A DNA stretch of 43,766 nt, taken from positions 1 to 43,766 of the forward strand of contig NW_014569489.1 of assembly GCF_000743755.1 (NCBI RefSeq), written 5' to 3'. The position numbers and the translations under genes were made by a program. Under the pieces are notes generated by a model. The model was given only the letters and a program-made list of their open reading frames with translations, was not told the origin of the DNA and searched no databases. How positions within the stretch are numbered: position 1 is the stretch's first letter; each line of letters begins with the position of its first letter. Shown piece by piece: positions 1-10,970 of the stretch. Source of the stretch: Blastocystis sp. subtype 4 (taxonomy: Eukaryota).

Positions 1-1
1 A

Positions 2-3000
2 AATGGAGTTCGTCGTGGAACCGAGTCTGTGGTGATAAAGCAGGGTGATGTGGTGTTGGAGACCTTTGTAACACCTGATGACACTGGAAACAATGCTGCT
101 AGTTCTCATACTGTTGAGTATTGTCTTCCTTCAGGTCTGTATACGATGGAATTCATCGAAGAGACTGGATTGGGATGGTCCGATGGTTCTTATGTGACTC
201 TGAGTACAGTGGATGGAGAAGGCAACGAAGTGAAGATTGGAAACTATGGAGGCATTAAGGGAGGTGATTCCTTCAAGTTTGCTCTTGGTTCTCTCTTCAG
301 TGGTGTTGCTGGATGGACCTATCTTGCTGATGGAACCATTCCTAGTGGTTGGACAAGTGCTTCAATGACTGATTCATGGAATAGTCTTGATTCTGTCTCT
401 GTTCTTGGCCACAATGTGTGGTTATTGCGCAAATCAGTTACAATTGATTCGATTGAAGGTTATAATGCATATGAATTATCGATTACTTGTCATGCAGGTG
501 TGATAGTGTATGTGAATGGTGTGGAAACGTATCGTGTTGGAGTTGATGGAGAACTCACTGGATCCTCCACTTCATCAATCCAGTCGTCAACAACCCAGAC
601 TCGTGTATTCAGAGGATTAGTAGGTACTGGTTATCTCGTAGCAGGTACCAATATAATTGCTGTGGCTGTTGTCAATTCAGATGGAAACACAATCACAGTT
701 GATTTCACTGCAGAGATGCGTCTGTTGGCAGCAACCAATGTAATAACCTACACGAATGGTATTGAGATTGAGGGTACAGGTGCAAACGCCCTAAATGATC
801 TACCTCAGAGTTCTTGGTCTCTTGATTTGGAGGCTGATAAGTATGTGTCCTTCACTTGGTCTGATAGTCTTCAGGAGAAGATGCAAATCAACAAGTATTG
901 TATTATGAGTGGAATCAATACTCCTGGAAATGATCCTATGAACTTCAAGGTGTACAGTACGGATGATGGTGTGATTTTCAACCTGGTGAAGGCTCATTCG
1001 CATGTAGTATTTACGGAACGAAAGCAGAGGAAGTGTTTCTATATTTCAAATCCTATCACAATTCGAGGAATGCAGTTGGAGGTGGAAACAGTGGCTTCTT
1101 CTGATAGTGAGATAATGACGGTTGGAGCATTCCAAGTGTTGATGGAACAGATTCCATCTTCTATCCCTGCATTGACATATTCAGATACCTTCATTGAAGC
1201 TATTGTTGGAAACAAGATCACTCCTCTATTCCCTTCTCCTTACTATCATAATTTCGAAGTGACACCAGAGTTACCTGATGGATTGGTACTGGGAACTGAT
1301 GGATCAATCTCTGGTACACCTACTGAAGAAGATTATGAACGTACTCATATCATATCTGCATATTCTATTGATAATGTGAGACAGACTGTTGTAATCACGA
1401 TTGTAATTGAGAGTTGTCCATCTGGATCAGTTCTCACATTCATTAACATTGCTGATACTGGTTCAAGAGGTCGATTCATGTCGTATAAGCTGATCAATCC
1501 ATCCAATCAAGCAGTTATTGGAGCTGGAGGTCCATTTGATGATCATGATACTATCCTGGATGGATACTGTCTGAGTGCCCAGAACTATCAGATTGATATT
1601 GCGGATCTCTCTAGAGTGGCTTGGGCTTCTCCTCTTATTATTCGAACAGAATATAGTACGTTATTAACAATTACTGTTGGTGCCAGTCAGACACCAAAGA
1701 GTACTATATTCTATCCTTCTGTGTTCTTCGATGCTTCCACACAGTGGTCATATTTGGTATCGAGTGATACAACACCTCCATCTAACTGGTATACTTCAAC
1801 TTATCAAGGTCAGTGGGAAAGAACTGTCATTAGTTCGATACCAGCTCCTACAGGTTACACTAGCTATTACTGTATGGATTTCAGTATCTATGCTACAGCT
1901 CCTTATGCTCAGATCGCCACAACAGTTACTACTCGAGGTGGATTCGCCTTGTATCTCAATGGTGAGGAACTCAGACGATATAACCTCCCTGCTGGAACTC
2001 TAACAGTTGACACGAAGTCAGTAGCAGATACAGAACAGCCAATAAGTATTCGATTTGCTGAGAACTTTGCTGGTGCAGGTGTTGGCAATCAGAATAACCA
2101 TCTGTGTGTGGAAGTTCACACTAGTTCTCTTCTGTCAGCCAATGAGTTTAATTTCAATCTTGAGCTGGTAGAATCGAGTGATGATCTGTGGGTTGATGGA
2201 CAATTCTCGTCGAACAGTAACGGTTATGATGATGGATACTGGCATGAAGGAGCTGAACATGCTACCAATAAGAATACGAATGATAAGATGACTGCACTGG
2301 ATGCTGATTTCGCAACAGGAGCTGATCATCTGTGGTTACAATGGACCTACAACAATCATCGTCATGAGAATTTGAATTACATGCGAATGTATTCTGGAAA
2401 TGGAAATACCAGAAATCCAGGCAATTTTATCTTTAAGGCTTCGAATGATGGAGAGGAATGGGTAACTCTTGGTACGGCTACAGCAGTGTGGCCTAGTGGT
2501 TCGTATGGTCGTTACAAGGAGTTTGATATTGATAATGATCAGTCGTATAACATGTATCGTGTGGAGATGTGGGGTTCTACGAGTGAGGGTATTGAGGTTG
2601 GTGAGATCTATATGGGTTGTCATTCAACCATCTCCATTTGTGAAGCTCAAGATGGATATTCGGCTTCCTTTGTCGGTAGTAAGTCATTCCGTTCGTGTCA
2701 ATATGGATACAGTGGTGCCATATATCGATTGTGTCAGGACGATTTGACACTGAGTTCCGTAGAAGAGGACCAATGTACTCTTGATGCTCCTTCGAATCTT
2801 CGCTATGGACGAAGGAACAGTGTAACCATTATCTACCAGAAAGAACAGTCTTTCGCTCCTACAGTGAATGGACTGGTGGATAGTTACGCTATTCAACCTC
2901 TCCTCCCGAATAATCTTGTTTTCGATACAACCACAGGTGTTCTGTCAGGAACCCTCCAGACCGAAGTAACAGACCAATCCTTCACTATCACAGCTCAGAA

Positions 3001-4753
3001 TTCAATGGGTTCTGCTGTGGCAGTTATCTCTCTCACTTCAGTGATTGTGAATTGCGAAGCAACCAGTGAGTATCCAGCATTGGCTCATGGTGAGTCCTTG
3101 GTGACAAGTTGTCCTCCCTACTACATTGGATATGGTCAGGTCCGTTGTATTGGTGGTGAGTTTACTGATATTGAATTGGATCATTGTTCCTTCCGTTCAT
3201 CCACCTTCTTCACCTTCGGCTTCACAACACTTCATCTCTTGACAGGTGTTGCTATGAGTCCCATGACTCTCTTGGCTGATGCGAACTTCAACTCGCTAAC
3301 TATCGATAAGGAATTACCTGCTGGATTGGTATTCAGAGGAAGAGAACTATCTGGAATTCCCACTGAGGCTACAGAGACCACAGTATACACATTCACAGGA
3401 GAAAGTCCTGCTGGAACGGTCACAACGACTCTGACAATCACTGTGGAGGACTATGGTTGTGCTGCTCTCGACTCCTTCCCAGCTGCTGGCAATGGTGAAA
3501 TCTCCTCTTCCACTGAAGCTTGTCCCGAGCACATGCAAGGAACAGCCACGCGTCTATGTACAAATGGATTGTTTGGTCCTATCAACACGTCTCAGTGTGT
3601 CTACACCTCTATCACCAGTCTTCAATACTCATCATCCTCTTTCACCTTCACTGCTGGAGAAGGTGTCGTGATTAATGAGCCAACCTATCAGGGATATGCT
3701 TCTACTTTCTCCATTTCTCCAAATACACCTCTTACCATCAGTAGTACTGGAGCAATCACTGGAATCCTTCCTGAACCTGGTTCTTATCCATTCACAGTAA
3801 CTGCTTGGAACCCTGAAGGCAGTTTACCAACTACAATCAGTATTACGGTCAATCCAAAGCCTTGTACAGGTGTGAATGGTATTTCTATAGCTTCAGGCGA
3901 GCGGATATTATCAGCTTGTCCTGCCTATCATACTGGAAACGCTTATCGTACATGTCTGAATGGTGTGTTGTCAGCTGTTCAATATGATGAATGTGTTTTA
4001 CTTCCTCCTTCAGGTTTCAGTTATAGTAGTGATGAGATAACGATACCAGTCTACACATTATTCGCTTCTGGATATCCTACGGTGAATTCTACAGTTACAT
4101 CCTATTCAATTGTTCCTGAGACACCTGATGGAGTTAGTTTAGACCCGACCAATGGTAATCTGGAAGGAGTTCCTACCAATGTGGATGTGACTGTTTTCAC
4201 AATTACTGCAAGTAATGCTGCTGGCAGTACTTCATTTGAATTAACATTGAGAGTGGTTGGTTTGACTTGTCCTGCTTTGAAGGATGTTCCTGAGACTGCT
4301 GTGGGTGAGAGTTATTCTTTTGATTGTACGACTTTGGAGGGATACAAGGGTGTATCAACACGTACTTGTCTGTTGTCTGCAGATCAACAGTCAGCAAAGT
4401 GGAGTACTCCTTCTGAGTTCTGTCAAGAGAAGAAATTAACAATTATTGGATTAATTGGAATCATTCTCATTGTAGTAGCTGTATTGCTTCTTATTTGGGG
4501 AATTCTGTTGATGGTGAAGAGAGAGACAAAGACCTTGAAGAAGACTACGACTGTTCCTACACCAAAGGGAGCTGCTCCTGTACCTGCTCCTGTACCTGCT
4601 CCAACTGTACCTGCAGCCTCTGTGCCTGCTCCTGCACCGGCCCCTGCACCTGCTCCAGCTCCAGCACCGGCCCCTGCTCCAACTCCAACTCCAGCACCGG
4701 CTCCGGCTCCTACTCCCGCCCCTGCTCCTGCTCCAGCTCCTGCCCCTAAATAG
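2..4753 (+). CDS. Large type I membrane surface protein with repeated jelly-roll/F5-8-like and He_PIG Ig-like modules, Cys-rich linkers, TM helix and Pro/Ala tail (5' partial)
   Basis: The frame is open from position 2 to TAG 4751-4753 with no intron needed. Repeated He_PIG-like motifs (PELPDGLVLGTDGSISGTPT, LPNNLVFDTTTGVLSG, TPDGVSLDPTNGNLEGVPT), F5/8-like motifs (NPGNFIFKASNDGEEW), TM segment IIGLIGIILIVVAVLLLIWGILLMV followed by KR. Confidence 0.8.
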   Translation, partial: NGVRRGTESVVIKQGDVVLETFVTPDDTGNNAASSHTVEYCLPSGLYTMEFIEETGLGWSDGSYVTLSTVDGEGNEVKIGNYGGIKGGDSFKFALGSLFSGVAGWTYLADGTIPSGWTSASMTDSWNSLDSVSVLGHNVWLLRKSVTIDSIEGYNAYELSITCHAGVIVYVNGVETYRVGVDGELTGSSTSSIQSSTTQTRVFRGLVGTGYLVAGTNIIAVAVVNSDGNTITVDFTAEMRLLAATNVITYTNGIEIEGTGANALNDLPQSSWSLDLEADKYVSFTWSDSLQEKMQINKYCIMSGINTPGNDPMNFKVYSTDDGVIFNLVKAHSHVVFTERKQRKCFYISNPITIRGMQLEVETVASSDSEIMTVGAFQVLMEQIPSSIPALTYSDTFIEAIVGNKITPLFPSPYYHNFEVTPELPDGLVLGTDGSISGTPTEEDYERTHIISAYSIDNVRQTVVITIVIESCPSGSVLTFINIADTGSRGRFMSYKLINPSNQAVIGAGGPFDDHDTILDGYCLSAQNYQIDIADLSRVAWASPLIIRTEYSTLLTITVGASQTPKSTIFYPSVFFDASTQWSYLVSSDTTPPSNWYTSTYQGQWERTVISSIPAPTGYTSYYCMDFSIYATAPYAQIATTVTTRGGFALYLNGEELRRYNLPAGTLTVDTKSVADTEQPISIRFAENFAGAGVGNQNNHLCVEVHTSSLLSANEFNFNLELVESSDDLWVDGQFSSNSNGYDDGYWHEGAEHATNKNTNDKMTALDADFATGADHLWLQWTYNNHRHENLNYMRMYSGNGNTRNPGNFIFKASNDGEEWVTLGTATAVWPSGSYGRYKEFDIDNDQSYNMYRVEMWGSTSEGIEVGEIYMGCHSTISICEAQDGYSASFVGSKSFRSCQYGYSGAIYRLCQDDLTLSSVEEDQCTLDAPSNLRYGRRNSVTIIYQKEQSFAPTVNGLVDSYAIQPLLPNNLVFDTTTGVLSGTLQTEVTDQSFTITAQNSMGSAVAVISLTSVIVNCEATSEYPALAHGESLVTSCPPYYIGYGQVRCIGGEFTDIELDHCSFRSSTFFTFGFTTLHLLTGVAMSPMTLLADANFNSLTIDKELPAGLVFRGRELSGIPTEATETTVYTFTGESPAGTVTTTLTITVEDYGCAALDSFPAAGNGEISSSTEACPEHMQGTATRLCTNGLFGPINTSQCVYTSITSLQYSSSSFTFTAGEGVVINEPTYQGYASTFSISPNTPLTISSTGAITGILPEPGSYPFTVTAWNPEGSLPTTISITVNPKPCTGVNGISIASGERILSACPAYHTGNAYRTCLNGVLSAVQYDECVLLPPSGFSYSSDEITIPVYTLFASGYPTVNSTVTSYSIVPETPDGVSLDPTNGNLEGVPTNVDVTVFTITASNAAGSTSFELTLRVVGLTCPALKDVPETAVGESYSFDCTTLEGYKGVSTRTCLLSADQQSAKWSTPSEFCQEKKLTIIGLIGIILIVVAVLLLIWGILLMVKRETKTLKKTTTVPTPKGAAPVPAPVPAPTVPAASVPAPAPAPAPAPAPAPAPAPTPTPAPAPAPTPAPAPAPAPAPK
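4573..4747 (+). repeat. Coding low-complexity (Pro-Ala)n repeat
   Basis: Degenerate GCT/CCT/CCA/GCA 6-nt units encoding APVPAPVP...PAPAPAP in the tail after the TM helix. Confidence 0.9.
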
Positions 4754-4785
4754 AAGCCCTTGTAGTGTTTGTGTTATCTTTGTTA

Positions 4786-4793
4786 AACAAACA
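4786..4793 (-). terminator. TGTTTGTT polyadenylation-positioning element
   Basis: AACAAACA on +. On - it lies 2 nt after the permease TGA, so cleavage 4 nt upstream falls after the T of the stop codon. Confidence 0.8.
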
Positions 4794-4795
4794 TT

Positions 4796-7700
4796 TCATC
4801 GACGTCCTCCTTTTGCAGTAAAGGCAATTGGTTGATTTACGATGAAGTGAACAGAAAGAATCGATGCGACAATACAGAGAAGCGAAGAAAAGAGAAAAAT
4901 TCCAAGTAATAAATAGTATGGGATGTATGCAGATATAGGTACCTCAGTTAACCTAGATCGAATCGCGTAGTTACGTCCTACAGATTCATCTGCATCGAGA
5001 CAAGCAGAGCAACAACAACACCCAAGATAACTCCACATATTGTTGACCCATATAGAGTTGAGAGCGATTCTAAGACAAACAACTATCTGATACCACAACG
5101 ATTTCTCCTACAATATACACTTTACGTCGAGTGCCACCAAGAGCTTGGAAGATTCCAATCTCATGTGATGTATCATTAGAACTCGTCCTTAGAATAAGAT
5201 AAAGTATTCATTCGTTACTCAATAGAAATCCAAGTAGCAAAGAACAAGAGAATACAACACAATGCACTCACGATATAGAAGTAGATATCAAGAGCTAATT
5301 CAGCATCATTAATTGAATTCATCAAGGACCGTCGTTCTGCAAAAGAAGCATCAGAGGAGTCTTGAAGCCTGTTCATGATTCCCAACATCATCAATACATT
5401 GAACGGGTACTGTCTGTAATGTAAGCATACTCACGATCTGTTAAATCATTATTCAGTTTGACTACAAGACGATCTTTAGGATAATCTGAAACCACTGGAA
5501 CATCAAATATCGATGAGAAACTGGAAGCTGATAAGATAATGGATGGAGTTGATTGCATGAAGTTGTATTTGCTGAATCCGAATCCTGGGAGTTTCTGGAC
5601 CTTTGAATCAAGTTGAAGTTGAATAGTCTGTTTGGAATTGTCATTCTTCTTCAACAATAAGAGAAAAATACTCAGATCCTTGGATATCAAGTCACTATTG
5701 ATCGATGCTGGGAAAAGTGCAGGAATGACTTGCTGATACTCACGACTCATATCCAAAGGAGGCTGTGAAACTGATCGGATATCTTTGGAAGGAGGAACCA
5801 TAAGAATTGATTCTTCATGAGAATGACTCAGGAAATCAGCAAGTGAGGTAGACTCAGACTGAACCACAACCATTGAATCGTCACTAGAAATCACTTTTCT
5901 CATATTATACGCACATCAATTGGAGATAATTGCTTGTAAGATAATAGACAGTCGGGCTCAGATGCTGATAGTCAGCATAAGTTGTCAATGTTTGAGAGAA
6001 TGACGCATTTGTAATAATAGGGGATCCCAAGAATTCGTAGTTCTTAATGTATTGTTGATTCTTGCTTTGTGAAAGGAATTCACTGATAGAAGCTTCATCG
6101 AGAGAAGATGAAGATGTGATTAGGAAATCAGAAGGTATATTCAATTGAATATTCGCATAGAGAGTATTAGATTGAAGTCTGAGAAGACAGGCGGCAAATA
6201 TGATGAATGTGAGTGACATGGTATTGAGAACAGCCAATCGATTATTGTGTGTTCGATGCAAATTTGCGTTATTTTTGATATAGAGAATACAAGTCTTTAG
6301 AGAACCAATTCGAGATACTACAAACGATAAGGCTGATGAAATCCAATGTGCTAGATACGTTGATACTAAGAATGAATTGGAGAATGAAAAAATGAACGAA
6401 TTGAGGTTCCTAACAAGGCAAGAATTAGGATTAGATTCAATATGGTCATGAATTCTTTGATATCGCTATTAAGAAAAGCTTCAACAGCGAATACAAAGAC
6501 AAGAATACCTTCTGCTAACTAGAAATCATACGATGAAGCAAAAACAACAAGAATAATTCCAAATAGAATCATTTCAATTGTGATGGGTGTCTTTCGATTG
6601 TCATAGACTTGAATCCTTGTGTCATTAACATCCTAGATAGAGAGATGATTAGAAGGAATACTGAATGCTGATAATCCAGAGATTCAACGAGTTTCTGTTT
6701 AGCTAGAGAATGAACAGGTGAAGCAATAGCAATGAGTGGAGACAGAAAACCCACAACTATAGAGAGGACATAAGCATTCGTAGGAAGTGTGAGAGGAAGA
6801 TTAAGAAGGAGAAGACGATTCAGAATTACAGCCAGAATGACATACAATCCAATACTTAGTAACAATCCAACAATAATTCCAGGAATTGTGAAATAAAGAA
6901 CTTGCATGATAATAATACCATTTGCTGCTCGTTTCTGAAGTCCAATAATACGCAATAGAGCCATTTCAAAACTAGTTATAAGAGAAGGCTGAAATAAGAA
7001 ACATCTTCTCTTTAATACTACTTAACATTAGTATATAAATCACATAAGCAGCAACAATTGTAATGATGATATCAATCATTAGAAATACTTGCTCAAGTAA
7101 GATGGTTACAGAAGAAAGACTCTGTTTCTTAGAGAATACATGAATGGTACTTGTAATGATGTATATAGAAGATATGAAGTAGTATAATCATAATTCTGCG
7201 GTAATGAGCTCACAATCTCATTTGCATAATGATTGAAATCACTAGCTTTGAAATCCATTTAGTAGCGATACTGGGCCATTGATCCTCCTGTGTAGATACT
7301 GGCATGCTTTTCAGAGAGAACGAGATATTGCATAGCAAGATCATCAATCGCTTGAAATGGATCAATCTCTTCCAGAGTAACGAAGTCGAGTTCAGAGAAG
7401 AAAAGCACAGTGTTCAACTCTTCTTTCAGCATTTCACGCATCATACGAAGTGATAAGACAATTACAGAACCATAACTCGAAGGCCATTTTCCCTACGTAT
7501 TCCTATCCATCTCCATACCTACTTCAGGTGATCCGATCGTATTGACTACGGTGAAATCTCTTTCAATTGTAGCATTCTGACGTAGTGAAGCAATTCTATC
7601 ATAAATCCTTTCAATTTCTCCTACATCAAGCTCCTCATTTCATCATCCACCATTGTTGCATTCTCTCCTTTGAATAGTCTACAGTCATCACATTCTATTT

Positions 7701-8426
7701 CAGGATACTGTTCCAAACTGGAATCTGGTACTGTGGCGATCCACTGACTGATGTTCACGTCAACTTGAATAATGTCTCCAATATTGATGTCCATAGCATC
7801 TGCAAGCGATGAAGAGATGATAACCTCGTTCTCCCCTAGAGGAGGATAATCCCAGGATCTTCCGAAATTAATCTCCTTTTCATGAACACTAGCCATTCAT
7901 GAACACATTCAAGTCTTACTCATCCAATGCAATTAAGTAGCAGTGTACATTTCTTAATCCTTCATCTTCCAATACGAGATATTCTTGTCCTGATGATCTT
8001 GATGACCTTGCTGGAACGAACCATCGAGCCGCTCCTTTGCTTCCTCCTGTCGCTGCCAATGCGAGATCAAGTTCTGTCTAAATCTGACTCATATCTTCAC
8101 AAAATACTTGATTAACTAGGAAGACATCAGAAGCAGCCGAATTAGGAGTGATTTCCATATCTTGTTCTCCTACTTGCTTTTCTGCAATTCGAAGAATCAA
8201 ATAATTGCTCCCTCTAGCGATACACTATTATTTAAACATATTCTTCTCATTCACTTGCATCAACGCAACAAAGCACACAACAATCACGATTGTGAAAAAT
8301 CCAATTGTGAAGTTGCGTCTATGTCTCCCTACATCCGAAGATGCATATCTAGGTTCCAATGTGTTACAACCTGTACTTGAGTTGAAGCGATGTATTTGCA
8401 ATTAATTCGTCAGCACTTGCAACCAT
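4796..8426 (-). CDS. FtsX/MacB-like ABC-type permease (multi-exon)
   Basis: Spliced N-terminus MVASADELIANTSLQLKYASSDVGRHRRNFTIGFFTIVIVVCFVALMQ. Two FtsX-like motifs (IYILMLSSIKEKIFEMALLRIIGL and HEIGIFQALGG), each followed by TM helices. More than 10 GT-AG introns of ~28-31 nt; the central exons were not all traced. Confidence 0.75.
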
Positions 8427-8466
8427 GTTTAAAGCAACTTTCAGACGAAGCAACTTGACAACTTTC

Positions 8467-8474
8467 AACAAACA
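8467..8474 (-). terminator. TGTTTGTT polyadenylation element of PITP
   Basis: Exact motif 9 nt after the spliced PITP stop (TAG 8486-8484). Confidence 0.8.
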
Positions 8475-8483
8475 CAACACAAG

Positions 8484-9530
8484 CTAATCTTTATTCTCCT
8501 TTGCTGCCTCCACCATTCTACTCATTACATATAATTATTAAATCAACATTTCCTTCTTCTCATCTGATTTGATCATTTCATCCAGTTTCGCTTTGGCTTC
8601 CTCTTCCATACGACGGATATCAGTCATGGTGAGACCATCCCATTCATCCATCATACATACGAGTTGACGCATTGTACGTGTGAACACTTTGATCTCTTGA
8701 GAACGAATCACATTCTCCACAATCGTTTGCAGACCGAAATATTTGAAGGTATTTATGAAGGAATTCAAATTCAATAATATCAATAGGATATTCGGCAATC
8801 ACCTTCTTGTAACAACACATCACCGGAGCTACGAATTATCACAAAGACTAATTAATACTTTGTGTTTTATACCATTCAGGAACGAGAGGACCTATTTGTC
8901 TCTTGTTACTATGAAAAATGGTAACATCCTCATCCACAGGAAGTTTCTCGTTGCTTCCCTTCTTGGCCACGTCTACAAAGATGATCTCTCTCTTCTTGAG
9001 CTCTGCAGGAGTCATTTCGAGGGCATTCTCTGTAGTTCCATTATCATTTATGTAGCGCGATTCAATCACGAGTCTGAATTTCTCAATCGACAAATATCCA
9101 TTTGTCATCACTGTAAGACAGTACGGATGGGCGTTCCAAGCTTCTTCCCAAAGGAAAAGCGAGTCTACATATCAAAACATATGAAAAACTATACCAGAGG
9201 GCATCATAGCTTTCACCACTCTCGGAACCATAGAGGCCAACAAATACCTACATCGTCAGAACCAACCCTCGATACAACTTCTTGAGAGTATACTGTCCCT
9301 TGACCTTTGGAATGGCAGTCTTGCTGATTTCACTTACACCCATATGGCCATCCGTATTGTCAAATCTAGAGATAATCGAGGTGATAAACAGAGTACGGTT
9401 CATTCTTGACGACTACAATACCTTCACCTCCACCGGTTACCTTCTCTTGGGCTTTGATTACCATGGAAAGTTGTGCCACCTGAAAGTCACTAACACTCAG
9501 AGGCAATGGAATTCGAAATTCTAGAATCAT
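8484..9530 (-). CDS. PITP: Phosphatidylinositol transfer protein (START-like PITP family)
   Basis: MILEFRIPLPLSVSDFQVAQL, GGGEGIVVVKNEP, GQYTLK, EEAWNAHPYC, PVMCCYK, FGLQT and MDEWDGLTMTDIRRMEE are PITP hallmarks. Needs one AT-AC intron. A last 30-nt intron gives ...EIMVEAAKENKD*. Confidence 0.92.
8749..8791 (-). other. U12-type AT-AC intron (43 nt) in PITP
   Basis: ATATCCTA...TTCCTTCATAAATAC. Removal restores KKVIAD/FKYFGLQT, and no GT-AG alternative is present. Confidence 0.88.
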
Positions 9531-9603
9531 AGCAAAACGTGTACTTAAGAAATGATCCTGTACGAATGAAGCAAAAAGTATATCAAATTCCCGCGGGTAT
9601 TTG

Positions 9604-9611
9604 AACAAACA
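9604..9611 (-). terminator. TGTTTGTT polyadenylation element of TSG101
   Basis: Exact motif 10 nt after TAA 9624-9622. Confidence 0.8.
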
Positions 9612-9621
9612 GAATAGAACC

Positions 9622-10844
9622 TTAGAATGTAGGAGGACCAACCCGAGCAAGGACAGGAACACTAGGCAAGAAAGATTTAGTAGATTGATAATTTGCAGTG
9701 GTTCCCATGCGTGCTTTCACAACTTCTTTTAGATAGTGAGCCTCAAAGATCTCCTTTCCATTCTCACGAATCAACTATCCATAATGCATCTCAAATAGAA
9801 CGACATCCAACACTTCTTCTGTATTTGACTTGTTAAGAGACGAGTACAGCAAATCATGCAGATCATTTCCAGCGCGTTCACAACTGTCCAGTTCCATATA
9901 TCTACAAATCATTCCTTCAGCTAATTCCCACAATTGCTGATTATCGCTGCTGAAGGAAAAGGCAGTACGATAGTCATCCTCAACAGGTTTTGGTCCATCG
10001 GCAAACTGCTTTTCCATTTCTTTCTTCTTATCCAACTACAGTGTATTTGGGAGAATACACACTACCTCTGCCGAAAGGGCTTCATCCTTCTTTACCAGCT
10101 CACTATTACAGTTTATAACCGTATTAGTCGCATCTTCGATTGTAGCAGCATTCTCTCTCAGTTGTCCTTGTAGAACACTTAACTCTTTGAACGATCCTTC
10201 AAATGAGTAATATCGATAATTTTTACGTAATACAGCCTCATATTTGGCGATGAACTCTGGTTGCATGATCTGTTTGAGTTGCCCGATCAGTCTAGATAAG
10301 AAAACGATCCAAATACTACTGTGGACGGTTATCAGCACACACAGGGAAACTGTTTCCGAAAGAAGCATGAAGATCGACAAAGAACTGTGTTAAAGGATAC
10401 TAACATGAATTAAAAAGCATAGTATTACCCCTGATCGAAGATTCTGTACCAAATAAGAGATGATCTTCCCAGACTCGTCAACTACATTCGGGATTGGGAA
10501 AATACGAGAACCAGGTTCCGGACGAATATAGAACTCTGGGGCCGTCATTGGGAAAGTACGAGGAATAATCAGGTCTATAGGGAAGGCATAGACATTTCCT
10601 CCCCATGAACACTGATGTCGGAAGGAACAAATAATGCATATGTCATTTATTCCATTAATAACTAACACTTTACTTAACATGACAACAGCAAACCTGTTTG
10701 TGCAACCTTCATACTAGATGACACAACTTCAGGTGAAGATTGGATTAGTGCATTCACATTCTGAGGATACTACTTTTGAATTGACGACAAATCACCAACC
10801 ACTGCCTGCATTTGTGAGATAAGATATTGATACTGCGGAAACAT
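9622..10844 (-). CDS. VPS23: ESCRT-I subunit TSG101/Vps23-like (UEV domain, coiled coil, steadiness-box-like C-terminus)
   Basis: UEV-like YAFPIDLIIPRTFPMTAPEFYIRP...NVVDESGKI, a coiled coil, and a C-terminal EVLDLIRENGKEIF resembling the steadiness box. Six 28-32-nt GT-AG introns give a continuous frame. Confidence 0.75.
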
Positions 10845-10970
10845 GCTGTGTTACAAAGAAAGTGAAACCTGAGAACAGAATCAATTGTACTATGACTTTT
10901 GGAATTGCTGAAATTGTCCCAATTTCAATCAGGAGATTCGATCCGATTTTGGTCTTAGAGGAAACACGAA

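Noticed and set aside
8743..9285. 180-aa plus-strand ORF
   Set aside because: Antisense to PITP.
10393..10400. GTATCCTT on the minus strand in TSG101
   Set aside because: Formed by the AG of a normal 29-nt intron plus the exon start TATCCTT.
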